Positions 7,891 through 16,336 are shown, numbered from the stretch's first letter. The stretch is 52,984 nt of DNA from Candidatus Yonathbacteria bacterium (GCA_013334825.1 JAAXWR010000002.1:100025-153008); one strand, 5' to 3'. Numbers and translations are program-made. The notes: a model not told the origin generated them from the sequence alone.

Positions 7891-8800
7891 CTGGAAGAAA
7901 GTACTTCCTCACATCCAAGCGGCTGGCGAACGTCAGTCGGTAAGTAAGGCTACGATTGGTGACGATTTTCAGTTTCTCCAAGACATCGGTGTCTTTCAAG
8001 AAGGCGCAGATGATGTTCTCACAGAAGCTGGGCGAGCTATCTTCGAGTCCATATTCATTCGGCGTGATGGGAAAGATGTAGAGATCCTTCAGCAACTATT
8101 GTTACAGTACCCAATCACTATCGCAATTCAGCAGTATCTTTGGGGGGTGAAAGATGCCAAGATCGATCAGGCGCTTACAGTCCTTAAAGCGACAGGTTTC
8201 TGGTTCTATTCCTCCGCAGAGCCAATGACACACTTTCTCGACCTACTAAATCAGGTTGGGATAATTAGCTATAGCAAAAAGTTGCGACAAGTTAAGGTTC
8301 TGGTTTCTCCTGACGTACCGTATGTTCCAAAAAATGTTTTTATTGACCCTAATCGACCGTTCTCAAACATTCTGTGGATAAAGAGGATCCTTGCGGAATG
8401 TAAGGGTTCAATATTGTGGTTTGATAAGCACTTCCAAAAAGAAGCCCTGGAATGGCTGTGGGCAGTAGCGGACGCAAACAAGATTACAGAGATCAAATTA
8501 CTCTCGCTTGATTTGGGGGAAGCAAATCTTAGCTCAGAAGCAAGGAAATCTTATAAACGATTTAAGCAAGAGATGCTTGCTAAAGGAATCAATGCCACTT
8601 GGTCAGTTATTGATAGTAAGCTAGTAAGAGATAGCCACGATAGGTGGATACTCGATGGGAGTGGTTACATGAGAAATGTTCCCAATGTAAATGCCATATC
8701 CTCAGGACAGCGATCCGAGATGTCTGTATCTGAGAATTATGATCAAATGCTTCCGGTGTTTGAAGAGTATTGGGAAAAGTCAAAAGAAATTACGAGTTAA
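7859..8800 (+). CDS. hypothetical protein, C-terminal PLD-fold / MIT_C-like module (tentative)
   Basis: 313 aa. The C-terminal pattern ILWFDKHF ... KLLSLD ... SHDRWILDGSGYMRNVPNV resembles the MITD1 C-terminal PLD-like domain (HDR-I ... G). Confidence 0.5.
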   Translation: MTQSLLLPQNNWKKVLPHIQAAGERQSVSKATIGDDFQFLQDIGVFQEGADDVLTEAGRAIFESIFIRRDGKDVEILQQLLLQYPITIAIQQYLWGVKDAKIDQALTVLKATGFWFYSSAEPMTHFLDLLNQVGIISYSKKLRQVKVLVSPDVPYVPKNVFIDPNRPFSNILWIKRILAECKGSILWFDKHFQKEALEWLWAVADANKITEIKLLSLDLGEANLSSEARKSYKRFKQEMLAKGINATWSVIDSKLVRDSHDRWILDGSGYMRNVPNVNAISSGQRSEMSVSENYDQMLPVFEEYWEKSKEITS

Positions 8801-8811
8801 TATTAAACATT

Positions 8812-9057
8812 ATGGCAAAACTGAATAAGTTCACACTGGAGTATAACGAGAAGAAGGATCGTTGGGATCTACGAAATGACAAGACGGATAAACTAATTGA
8901 ATCGTTCGACACTAAGACAGAGGCCACGGCCGGAGGTGTTCTACGGGAAGCGGTTGGTGATAGTGGCGGATCGGTCAAAATCCAAAAAGAGAATGGTCGC
9001 ATTCAGGAGGAGCGTACGTATCCAAAGAGCGCAGACCCTAGAGAATCAAAGGGATAG
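8812..9057 (+). CDS. DUF2188 family protein
   Basis: WDLRNDK ... FDTKTEATAGG ... SVKIQKENGRIQEERTYPKSADP matches the DUF2188 layout. Confidence 0.7.
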   Translation: MAKLNKFTLEYNEKKDRWDLRNDKTDKLIESFDTKTEATAGGVLREAVGDSGGSVKIQKENGRIQEERTYPKSADPRESKG

Positions 9058-9334
9058 TCTTGAGCCTTGTTGTATATAAATTAACCTAAGCTAAGCTAGA
9101 AATAGGTAGCAAATTTTGCTACAATTATTTAACAGTTCGGCCTAAACTTGTCGGTTAACTCCGGCAAGCATGGCAATAAATACCCGCTAGAGATCAAAGG
9201 ACTCCTGGTCAGAGTCACTCTAGCGGGTCATATCTGGAAACAGGTATGGGTTCGGCCGAAAGGTTGGATCGCGATGGTCAGGAGCCTTTTGATTATCTGG
9301 TTCACTCCGTCGATTAAAAACCCGCTAGAAAATT

Positions 9335-9559
9335 ATGAAAACAATACGAATCGTTCTTGGTTTGCTTTTCTGTCTTACTATTTATTTTCTTCCCACAGGA
9401 ATTGCAATTATTAGAAGCCGATCGAATACAGTAGCAATCCTTGTACTTGATCTATTCCTGGGTTGGACAGGAATTGGTTGGGTGGTCGCCTTAATTTGGG
9501 CAGTTGCCACAGATACGCCAAAGTCAGTAGTTCAGCAAACTCCTCAGCAAAAGATTTAA
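9335..9559 (+). CDS. superinfection immunity (Imm_superinfect) family membrane protein
   Basis: YFLPTGIAIIRSRSNTVAILVLDLFLGWTGIGWVVALIWAV matches the T4 Imm-like family signature (GWT-iGW--AliWA). Confidence 0.8.
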   Translation: MKTIRIVLGLLFCLTIYFLPTGIAIIRSRSNTVAILVLDLFLGWTGIGWVVALIWAVATDTPKSVVQQTPQQKI

Positions 9560-9790
9560 AGTGTGAATGAATATGTGGAGAAAGGGGTGGATATCTCGCC
9601 TTAGACTTCCGTGGGAGTTTTACCCTTTTTCATTTTTTAAGTATCTATAAAATAGCTTTGTTTTTAGCCAAAGTTGTGTAATCTCTTACCCCAAAATACC
9701 TGTTTTTATGGTGTAAAAGTCGGTATGTATTGGTCATAAAATTCCCCAGTTTTTGTGGAAGATCTGGCGGATAAGATTTTATCGAATTCT

Positions 9791-9902
9791 GGATGTGTAC
9801 ACCATAAGTATTTTTGATGTTTTCCTATTTTGTCTTTATTTTAAAGCCTTTAATCTTAAAAATAGGGGGGTCAAAAAAGCCCATCTTATGGTGTACACAT
9901 CC
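9791..9902. repeat. 18-bp perfect inverted repeat
   Basis: ggatgtgtacaccataag (9791-9808) and its exact reverse complement cttatggtgtacacatcc (9885-9902). Confidence 0.9.
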
Positions 9903-10178
9903 AATTTGATTAATAGGACTAATAACCCGTCTTAATGCTGTAAAAGTCTTTGGGCTATTTTGTTTTATCCTTATTTAAGGCTGTATTCTGGATGGTCTAA
10001 CTCGGACTTTTACAGGATCCTGGTTCTGGCGAATAGCGACCAAGACGGGTCACTGTCTGAGACTCGAACCGAGTATAATAAGGCTCAACAGTGGGGCATC
10101 AAACACACCCAACCAGACCTGTCAGCAATGAAGCGCAACGAAATGGTGCGGGACTCGAACGCGACAGAAACAAAATAC

Positions 10179-10217
10179 TAAAAACAAAAAACCCACTTCA
10201 TGGTATGGTAGTGGGTT
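10179..10217 (-). terminator. rho-independent terminator of the 10244-11077 gene
   Basis: Stem aacccact/agtgggtt followed by a T-run on the minus strand. Confidence 0.7.
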
Positions 10218-10243
10218 GTTTCACATGATGTGAAGTGATTATA

Positions 10244-11077
10244 TTACAGTGCCGTTGCAAACATGACAGGACAATCATAGCCATGTTTTGCATCGTAGCG
10301 GATTTTCGGAATGTTTTCACCACTCCAATGTTGCATGTTCACGTGAGAGATACGAGACGTGTTGAAGACGACATGATGGTGTTGTATGATGCGGGTCTCC
10401 TGTGAGAACTTCCAGAACAGATATCCGAGAGCAAATGGCGTTTGTTGCATATCCGCGACACGACTGTTGGCAAAGTCATTGTTGGCGCCTCTTCCTGAGC
10501 AATCAAACTTTGACTCCAGGAGTACTACACAGCGATGATTGAGAGAGTTGAACACTTCAAGTCCTCCAAACTCCTGCCAGATACACATTGCCAGAGATTC
10601 CGCGCAATCTTCATACTCTCGCATTGTTTTGGGAGCGATTTCATCGAGCGATTGGCCAGCAATAAACAGGTTAAGATGTTCCGCTCTCAGGTCATCGATG
10701 TTTTTCGGTGCTACCGTTGCAAAGACCGTAAGGGGATAGACCCGACAGATTTCGAATCCTCCACCATAGCGGTTGCAGACCACCATCTGCCGATTGTTTT
10801 CGAGGTTGGGCGGTGTGATGCCAAGATTTTTTTCACCGGACACAATGTTTGCAATCGCCTCATTTCGGGCATTGGTGTAAAGCTCGCGAAGGTGACCATC
10901 AAGGTCTATCGCTTCACGAAACACATCAGGGTGCAAACCGTAGTCCAGATTGTAGAAACTTTTTGCATTCGGATTGTGGAGAAAAAAACGACGAGTTTTA
11001 ATCAAATCAAGCACGACACGATTGGCGTGCTCTGCCTGCTCGGGGGTGTAGGCGTGATTGTCATAATAGTGTGTCAT
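10244..11077 (-). CDS. hypothetical protein
   Basis: 277-aa ORF with its own terminator. No family recognised. Confidence 0.6.
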   Translation of the reverse strand: MTHYYDNHAYTPEQAEHANRVVLDLIKTRRFFLHNPNAKSFYNLDYGLHPDVFREAIDLDGHLRELYTNARNEAIANIVSGEKNLGITPPNLENNRQMVVCNRYGGGFEICRVYPLTVFATVAPKNIDDLRAEHLNLFIAGQSLDEIAPKTMREYEDCAESLAMCIWQEFGGLEVFNSLNHRCVVLLESKFDCSGRGANNDFANSRVADMQQTPFALGYLFWKFSQETRIIQHHHVVFNTSRISHVNMQHWSGENIPKIRYDAKHGYDCPVMFATAL

Positions 11078-11255
11078 GTGGTGTTCCTCCTGCGGATTAC
11101 CAAGGTTGTTGAAAAAACAAGGGCGTTACGTGAATCGCACTGCCGTTACGAGCATACGATAAATAATCCGTAAATGCAAGACATACTGTTTAGGGTAACA
11201 GACGAAATGTTTTTGGTTATGGCAATCGATGGTTAGTGATGATAGAATAAGATTT

Positions 11256-11702
11256 ATGCACCATATCACACTGCGTAAACAATGGGTTATCAATGCTTCT
11301 GTTGATGATGTGTGTCGTATCGTGACGGACTTTGAACACATGCCGAAGCACTTTCCCAAGGTTGCCGAATCTATACATATCAAAAAGAGGGAAGGAAATA
11401 ATCTGGAGATGGAGGCGACTGCCAAGTCATTTGGTAGGACGTTCAAGGTGAATATGCATACGGAGATTCTTCCCGGCAAAGGATTTGTTTCAGATAACGA
11501 TAGCTACCAATTTGGGACGTCGGGACATGAGGAACTTCTTCTTTCTCAACATGTAGACGGAACATTGATTGACTATACGTATCAGATTTCCATCCACAAA
11601 GTATGGCTTCGTATCGTCGCGACACCGCTTATCAAATGGTATGCGATGAAAGCATGGGAAAAAGCGTTTATCAATGAACTCAAAAAGATGGTTGAGAGAT
11701 AA
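11256..11702 (+). CDS. SRPBCC (START/polyketide-cyclase-like) family protein
   Basis: N-terminus INASVDDVCRIVTDFEHMPKHFPKV is typical of SRPBCC proteins. ATG 7 nt after TGATAGAAT. Confidence 0.6.
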   Translation: MHHITLRKQWVINASVDDVCRIVTDFEHMPKHFPKVAESIHIKKREGNNLEMEATAKSFGRTFKVNMHTEILPGKGFVSDNDSYQFGTSGHEELLLSQHVDGTLIDYTYQISIHKVWLRIVATPLIKWYAMKAWEKAFINELKKMVER

Positions 11703-11731
11703 TATTTCTTGTGTTACTCTTACCCTACAAT

Positions 11732-12358
11732 ATGAAACTCTTTCTCGCATCATCACTCAATCAGACAATACAGAAATTCGATGAAAAGATCGAAGGTGGT
11801 TTGCGTGGTAAAACCGTTTTGTTTTTTGCAAACGCGTCGGATCCATATGACGGCGAAAAATGGTGGATTACGAATGACCGTATCGCTTTTGAGAAATTTG
11901 GATGTATTGTACATGAAGCCGATTTGAGAACTCTTGATAGCGATGCACTGCGCAAACTTCTCGACTCATCCGATATTATTCACTTTTGTGGTGGAAGTGT
12001 GGTATATCTCATGTCTCTTATTAGAGAAAGGGGCGTGGAAGAAATCATCAAAGAATACGTGTTGAGTGATAAGATTATGTATTCTGGTACGAGTGCTGGT
12101 TCTATGATTGCATCAAAAAATCTTGAGTTGTGTAAGTACGATACAGAAGAAGAGCCATTTGTGAGCAATATGAAGGATTGGTCAGGATTTGCTTTTGTTC
12201 ATGTGTACATACTTCCTCATGCAGGATCGCCTGATTTTTCAGAGACGAATAAAGAAATTGTCGGACATGTCCCCAAACACCCACAAGCAGTCATTGTCCT
12301 CTTTGACCATCAGGCGGTGTGGTATGCGGAGGAGAAATTTGAAATTGTGCAGGTTTAG
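11732..12358 (+). CDS. peptidase S51 (dipeptidase E-like)
   Basis: FCGGSVVYL ... YSGTSAGSMIAS nucleophile-elbow pattern of the S51 family. A GTG at 11711 is an alternative start. Confidence 0.7.
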   Translation: MKLFLASSLNQTIQKFDEKIEGGLRGKTVLFFANASDPYDGEKWWITNDRIAFEKFGCIVHEADLRTLDSDALRKLLDSSDIIHFCGGSVVYLMSLIRERGVEEIIKEYVLSDKIMYSGTSAGSMIASKNLELCKYDTEEEPFVSNMKDWSGFAFVHVYILPHAGSPDFSETNKEIVGHVPKHPQAVIVLFDHQAVWYAEEKFEIVQV

Positions 12359-12382
12359 CTGCTTTAATCTTTTAAATAATAA

Positions 12383-12859
12383 ATGTCTATGTCAGGTGCA
12401 ACAATGGAAATTCTGAAAAAGGAAACATATCTGAAGGCCGTTGAGAACGCCGTCGGCACGCGAATGTTCAATTCTTTGTTCGTTCGGTTCAGTGATGATA
12501 GGGAAGCGAAGGATATTTTGAATGATGGCATGTATTCGTGTGCGTTCTTTGTGAGCGCGGTGCTTTATTTGTCCGATATGCTTGATAAGCCGTATGCGAC
12601 TGTTGCGAGTCTTCTCGGATCGCTTGAGAAAGATACACGATGGCGACAGGTTGATATCGGGGATATCAAAGCGGGTGATGTTATTGTTTGGGAAAAAATC
12701 AGATTTGATGACGGTTCCGAAAATGCGCATACTGGCTTTGGAGTGACTGGTACCGAAGCTGTCTCAACGGATTACAAACAAAAGATGGTCGCACGGCATC
12801 CTATTGTGTCTGAGACACTATCACGAAAGATAGAAGCCGTATATCGGTATAGTTGGTAA
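12383..12859 (+). CDS. hypothetical protein, possible papain-fold (NlpC/P60-like) hydrolase
   Basis: Cys in YSCAFFVSAVL and His in GDVIVWE ... NAHTGF sit in the order expected for NlpC/P60-type enzymes. Weak call. Confidence 0.4.
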   Translation: MSMSGATMEILKKETYLKAVENAVGTRMFNSLFVRFSDDREAKDILNDGMYSCAFFVSAVLYLSDMLDKPYATVASLLGSLEKDTRWRQVDIGDIKAGDVIVWEKIRFDDGSENAHTGFGVTGTEAVSTDYKQKMVARHPIVSETLSRKIEAVYRYSW

Positions 12860-13223
12860 TATGAATTTTTCTTGTACCGCATCTTTTTTCATGGCGGTAT
12901 TTCGACACCCGCTCTATTCTCCACGAACTTCTTTGGGATCGAATTCTTTTTGGGAGGTCTACAGCAAGGAGTAGAATTATGAAAGACGAAGAGGGACACA
13001 AGGCTCTCTTTTTTGTTTATGCTGTTATAAAATGTTTGTATGACATGAGGAACCCTTATGTATCTATACTTCTGTATTCCCCAGCGTATAGAGTATATGT
13101 TGTGTAAAAGAGACACCCATCCGTGTGGAAAGATTTAATTGCGTTTGACTTCTTAGACACGGGTGATAGGATAAATATAGTATATACGTATGATTTTCTA
13201 AAATTATTTTTCATAATATTTTT

Positions 13224-14312
13224 ATGTTTATGTTCTCATCACTATTTGAACGTCAGACAGCAAAACAAGAAGGACAACATGATGTGTATGTCCAACACAA
13301 AGGAAGAGTTGCCGAAGCGGGTGATAGGTTTGTGCACGTCATGGCAGTCACACTTGATCCACAGACGGGTTACAAAGATGGTATTATCCGTTGTATTACG
13401 AGCAGGGAGGGAGAGTATGGTGTTGCTGGACAACTTGATAGAAGTGCATTATTCAAGATAAAAGCGGATTCTCTCGACAAGTTTGAAATTACAGAAGAAC
13501 TCAATATAAAGAATGCCGGGAATGTCATCACCAAGCTTAAAGGTGAAGGCGGAGATTTTATCGGTCTTGAAGATCCAGATATATGGAGAGATGAGGAAAC
13601 TGGATTGATGCATATATATTTTACTATGCCAGTGAAATTGGAAGAGAAAGATGCACAAGGTGATGACATATGGAATGTGCATTTGGGTCATGCTGTTGGA
13701 AAAGATTTGGATTCTTTGGAGATGACGGAACCGACACTCTTGGGAACTGCGGAGATGAATGCGAAAGAAGTGTCTATTGCTCCAAAAAACTCTGAGGGAT
13801 TTCGATACAATCTCTTTGAATCAAGTGATGAAAGAGATGGAGAAACCTATTCTGTCGTGCGTGTTGCGATTGCTCGTGATATGGGGAAGCCGTGGGAACT
13901 CGGAGAAATTGCCTTTCATCCGGCCGAGCACAATATCCCGTGGATTGCAGGACATGCTTCACCTGGCCCTCTTTTGTCGAAGAATTTTATTGATGTAGGA
14001 GAGAATAAATTGCTTGGAATCATGAATGGATGCGAAGCGAATAAGCATGAAGGAGACAAAATCATCTACGGCGCATTCACTGCGGGATTGTATATATATG
14101 ATTATGAAAAGGGAATGATTGATTGGGTTTCACCCGAACCTCTTATCTGGGATACGGAAGCGAGTGCAAAGAGACCTATTACATTTGCCAGTCAATTTGT
14201 GGAAGGTGCGAAAGGAGAGGGAACACTATATGCCCATGTTGATGATTCATTTGTGCGTGCATATACACTGAATGCGGAGGCACTCAAAGCGCTGTTGCCA
14301 GAAAAGAAGTGA
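13224..14312 (+). CDS. hypothetical protein
   Basis: 362-aa ORF. ATG 6 nt after CATAAT (13212-13217). GLEDPDIW is faintly glycosidase-like, but no firm call. Confidence 0.55.
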   Translation: MFMFSSLFERQTAKQEGQHDVYVQHKGRVAEAGDRFVHVMAVTLDPQTGYKDGIIRCITSREGEYGVAGQLDRSALFKIKADSLDKFEITEELNIKNAGNVITKLKGEGGDFIGLEDPDIWRDEETGLMHIYFTMPVKLEEKDAQGDDIWNVHLGHAVGKDLDSLEMTEPTLLGTAEMNAKEVSIAPKNSEGFRYNLFESSDERDGETYSVVRVAIARDMGKPWELGEIAFHPAEHNIPWIAGHASPGPLLSKNFIDVGENKLLGIMNGCEANKHEGDKIIYGAFTAGLYIYDYEKGMIDWVSPEPLIWDTEASAKRPITFASQFVEGAKGEGTLYAHVDDSFVRAYTLNAEALKALLPEKK

Positions 14313-14318
14313 TATTTG

Positions 14319-14350
14319 CTTATCTTTTCAGTGTAAAAAGATAAGTTTTT
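14319..14350 (+). terminator. rho-independent terminator
   Basis: Stem cttatcttt/aaagataag followed by ttttt. Confidence 0.65.
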
Positions 14351-14357
14351 ATGTTTG

Positions 14358-14419
14358 GAAAAAGGCAAAAATCTCTCGCATGTTTGATGTTTTCTGCTAT
14401 AATCGGGGAATGGAAGAAT
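14358..14419 (+). promoter_or_regulatory. repeated promoter/5' module, copy A (TGCTATAAT at 14395-14403)
   Basis: About 62 bp, near-identical to 15448-15510. The -10 ends 6 nt before ATG 14410. Confidence 0.6.
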
Positions 14420-15396
14420 TTCCTCTCAACAAAAAAGAATCGGGAATCAACAGAGTTGTTGGCTTTGACCATGAAAAGGAAACTGATTTTTTGGATTATT
14501 TCAAAGAAAAATTTGAAAGAAATTTTTTAGAATATGGAGAGAGAGAAAAGACCCTCGAAGAAATTGCCATTCTTAATCGTGTTAATAAGGATATGGTAGA
14601 GTTTTTACGGCATTACGGAGTTGAGGCAATTGAGATATCTCCCAATAATATTCATATACTTGATAAATCAAGATTTACTTCAGAAGAATTAAAAAAAATT
14701 CAAGAAAGATTTGGGACAGAGAGTGGTTTCTATTCTTCAAACAAACAAGGAGTCGGGATCATGAAAGATTATGAAGAAAATAAACTTTCTTTTCTTCAAA
14801 CTGTAGTGCATGAAGAACTTCATCTTCAAGGGTTCTATTCGTATCAAAAAAGTCTTCATGAAGGTGCAGAAATTACTTTAAAAAAAGAAGATGATTTGGT
14901 AGATATGAACACCCGAAGATCAGGGTTTTCTATGGGCACCACTGATGGAAAGACTCTGTTTTTTCGTGATGTTAACGAAGCTATCATTACTGAACTGCAA
15001 ATTCGTTTTGAACGTATGTTTTTAGAAAAATATCCCGAGTTAGAATCAGAGTTAGAAGCACGTGATGATTATATACAAGAAGTGGCAAGGAGAGATGATG
15101 CTCCTATAGAAAAAGTAAGAGAAGTGGTTGGAAAAGTCATTATAAATGAGGATGGGGAACGAAAGTGGAGAAGTTATGCATATCATGAAGAGCGCAAGAA
15201 GTTTGCTGAACTTATTGATGAATTGTATAAAAAGAACATGTCAGATTTTGAATCGAGAGAAGATGTGTTTAACCTCTTCGCACAAGCAACTTTGACGGGT
15301 AGGGTTCTCCCTGTTGCAAGATTGATTGAAAAAACATTTGGAAAGGGGGCATTTAGAAAACTCGGTGAAGGAAGTGCAGAGAATTATGTGGAATAA
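14410..15396 (+). CDS. hypothetical protein with HExxH motif (putative metallopeptidase)
   Basis: VVHEELHLQG motif. I place the start at MEEFPLNK because the upstream part of the long ORF is a DNA-level promoter repeat. Confidence 0.55.
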   Translation: MEEFPLNKKESGINRVVGFDHEKETDFLDYFKEKFERNFLEYGEREKTLEEIAILNRVNKDMVEFLRHYGVEAIEISPNNIHILDKSRFTSEELKKIQERFGTESGFYSSNKQGVGIMKDYEENKLSFLQTVVHEELHLQGFYSYQKSLHEGAEITLKKEDDLVDMNTRRSGFSMGTTDGKTLFFRDVNEAIITELQIRFERMFLEKYPELESELEARDDYIQEVARRDDAPIEKVREVVGKVIINEDGERKWRSYAYHEERKKFAELIDELYKKNMSDFESREDVFNLFAQATLTGRVLPVARLIEKTFGKGAFRKLGEGSAENYVE

Positions 15397-15447
15397 CATC
15401 GTATATACTCATGTATATGTTGCGTAAAAGAGACATTTCGCCTACGT

Positions 15448-15510
15448 GAAAAAGGGCAAAAATCTCTCGCATGTTTGATGTTTTCTGCTATAATCGGGGG
15501 ATGGAAGAAT
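15448..15510 (+). promoter_or_regulatory. repeated promoter/5' module, copy B (TGCTATAAT at 15486-15494)
   Basis: Same sequence as copy A with one inserted G and one substitution. The -10 ends 6 nt before ATG 15501. Confidence 0.6.
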
Positions 15511-16286
15511 ATCTTACATTTGCAAAAGAACTCGCCAAAGAGGCCGAGGAAATTGCGTTGAAATATTTCGGTTTTGATACCGAGACGACGTGGAAAGGGG
15601 ATAATACACCGCTGACGCAGGCGGATACGGAAATTAATGATTTGGTTATCCAAAGGGTTAATGAGCGATATCCCGAACACAGTATATATGGAGAAGAGAA
15701 AAGTGATAGAAAAGAAGGTGCCGAATATATCTGGGTGTGTGATCCTATTGATGGCACGATGGCTTTTTCGTGCGGAATGTCAGAGTTTGTATTTTCTATT
15801 GCGTTGGTAAATGTATCAAACGGCTTACCTGTGTTTGGATTGATACATAATCCGATAATGAAAAATACATATTGGGCGCATAAAGATGGCGGAGCATATA
15901 GGGATGGAAAAAAGATTATAGTATTAAAAAAAGAAGATTTTGCAAATACATATTTAAGTACTGGGGCTTCAGGACGTGCACTTGGTTTTTCAAATCTCCC
16001 TCTTTTAAAAACATTGAGTGAAAAGAAATGCGCGACGATGAAATTCCCGGGGTTTATCTATGGTGCGATACAAGTTGCAAATGGAAAATATATCGGCGCA
16101 GTGTATTATCATAAATATGCTCACGATGTCGCCGCGCTCAAGATTATTACCGAGGAAGCGGGTGGCAAAGTAACCGATTTAAATGGAGAAGAAAGGCGAT
16201 ATGATGAAGACGGTCTTGGCTGTATCATTTCAAACGGCATCCTCCATGATGAATTGGTGCAGATTGTGCAGACGGGGAAGGTATAA
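15501..16286 (+). CDS. inositol monophosphatase family protein
   Basis: IYGEE metal site and the WVCDPIDGT signature. Confidence 0.9.
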   Translation: MEEYLTFAKELAKEAEEIALKYFGFDTETTWKGDNTPLTQADTEINDLVIQRVNERYPEHSIYGEEKSDRKEGAEYIWVCDPIDGTMAFSCGMSEFVFSIALVNVSNGLPVFGLIHNPIMKNTYWAHKDGGAYRDGKKIIVLKKEDFANTYLSTGASGRALGFSNLPLLKTLSEKKCATMKFPGFIYGAIQVANGKYIGAVYYHKYAHDVAALKIITEEAGGKVTDLNGEERRYDEDGLGCIISNGILHDELVQIVQTGKV

Positions 16287-16336
16287 TTTTTTATGGACAT
16301 TGATATATAAAACAAAGAGACAACTTTTGAATAATT

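Larger units (their letters stand above)
4816..10243. mobile_element. putative integrated element (serine-recombinase island) next to tRNA-Gln(CUG)
   Basis: Contains a large serine recombinase, a superinfection-immunity family gene, DUF2188 and orphan genes. Left edge abuts the tRNA. The right edge is not defined by sequence; I place it in the repeat-rich non-coding stretch 9560-10240. Confidence 0.45.

Noticed and set aside
9140-9180. c-di-GMP-I (GEMM) riboswitch-like strings (ggcctaaac ... actccgg) upstream of the imm gene.
   Set aside because: I could not fold the flanks into the P1/P2 helices with a tetraloop and receptor by hand. The similarity is limited to two short strings. A cmscan would be needed to support it.
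10040-10170. Minus-strand tRNA genes suggested by gagactcgaacc and gcgggactcgaac.
   Set aside because: No complementary T-stem, acceptor or anticodon arm can be formed around either string. At best these are decayed tRNA 3' fragments.
14272-14409. Upstream extension of the 14410 gene, and the shared MFDVFCYNRGMEE N-terminus with the 15471 ORF.
   Set aside because: The similarity continues upstream of the putative ATG and includes a TGCTATAAT box, so it is a repeated promoter at the DNA level rather than a conserved peptide.
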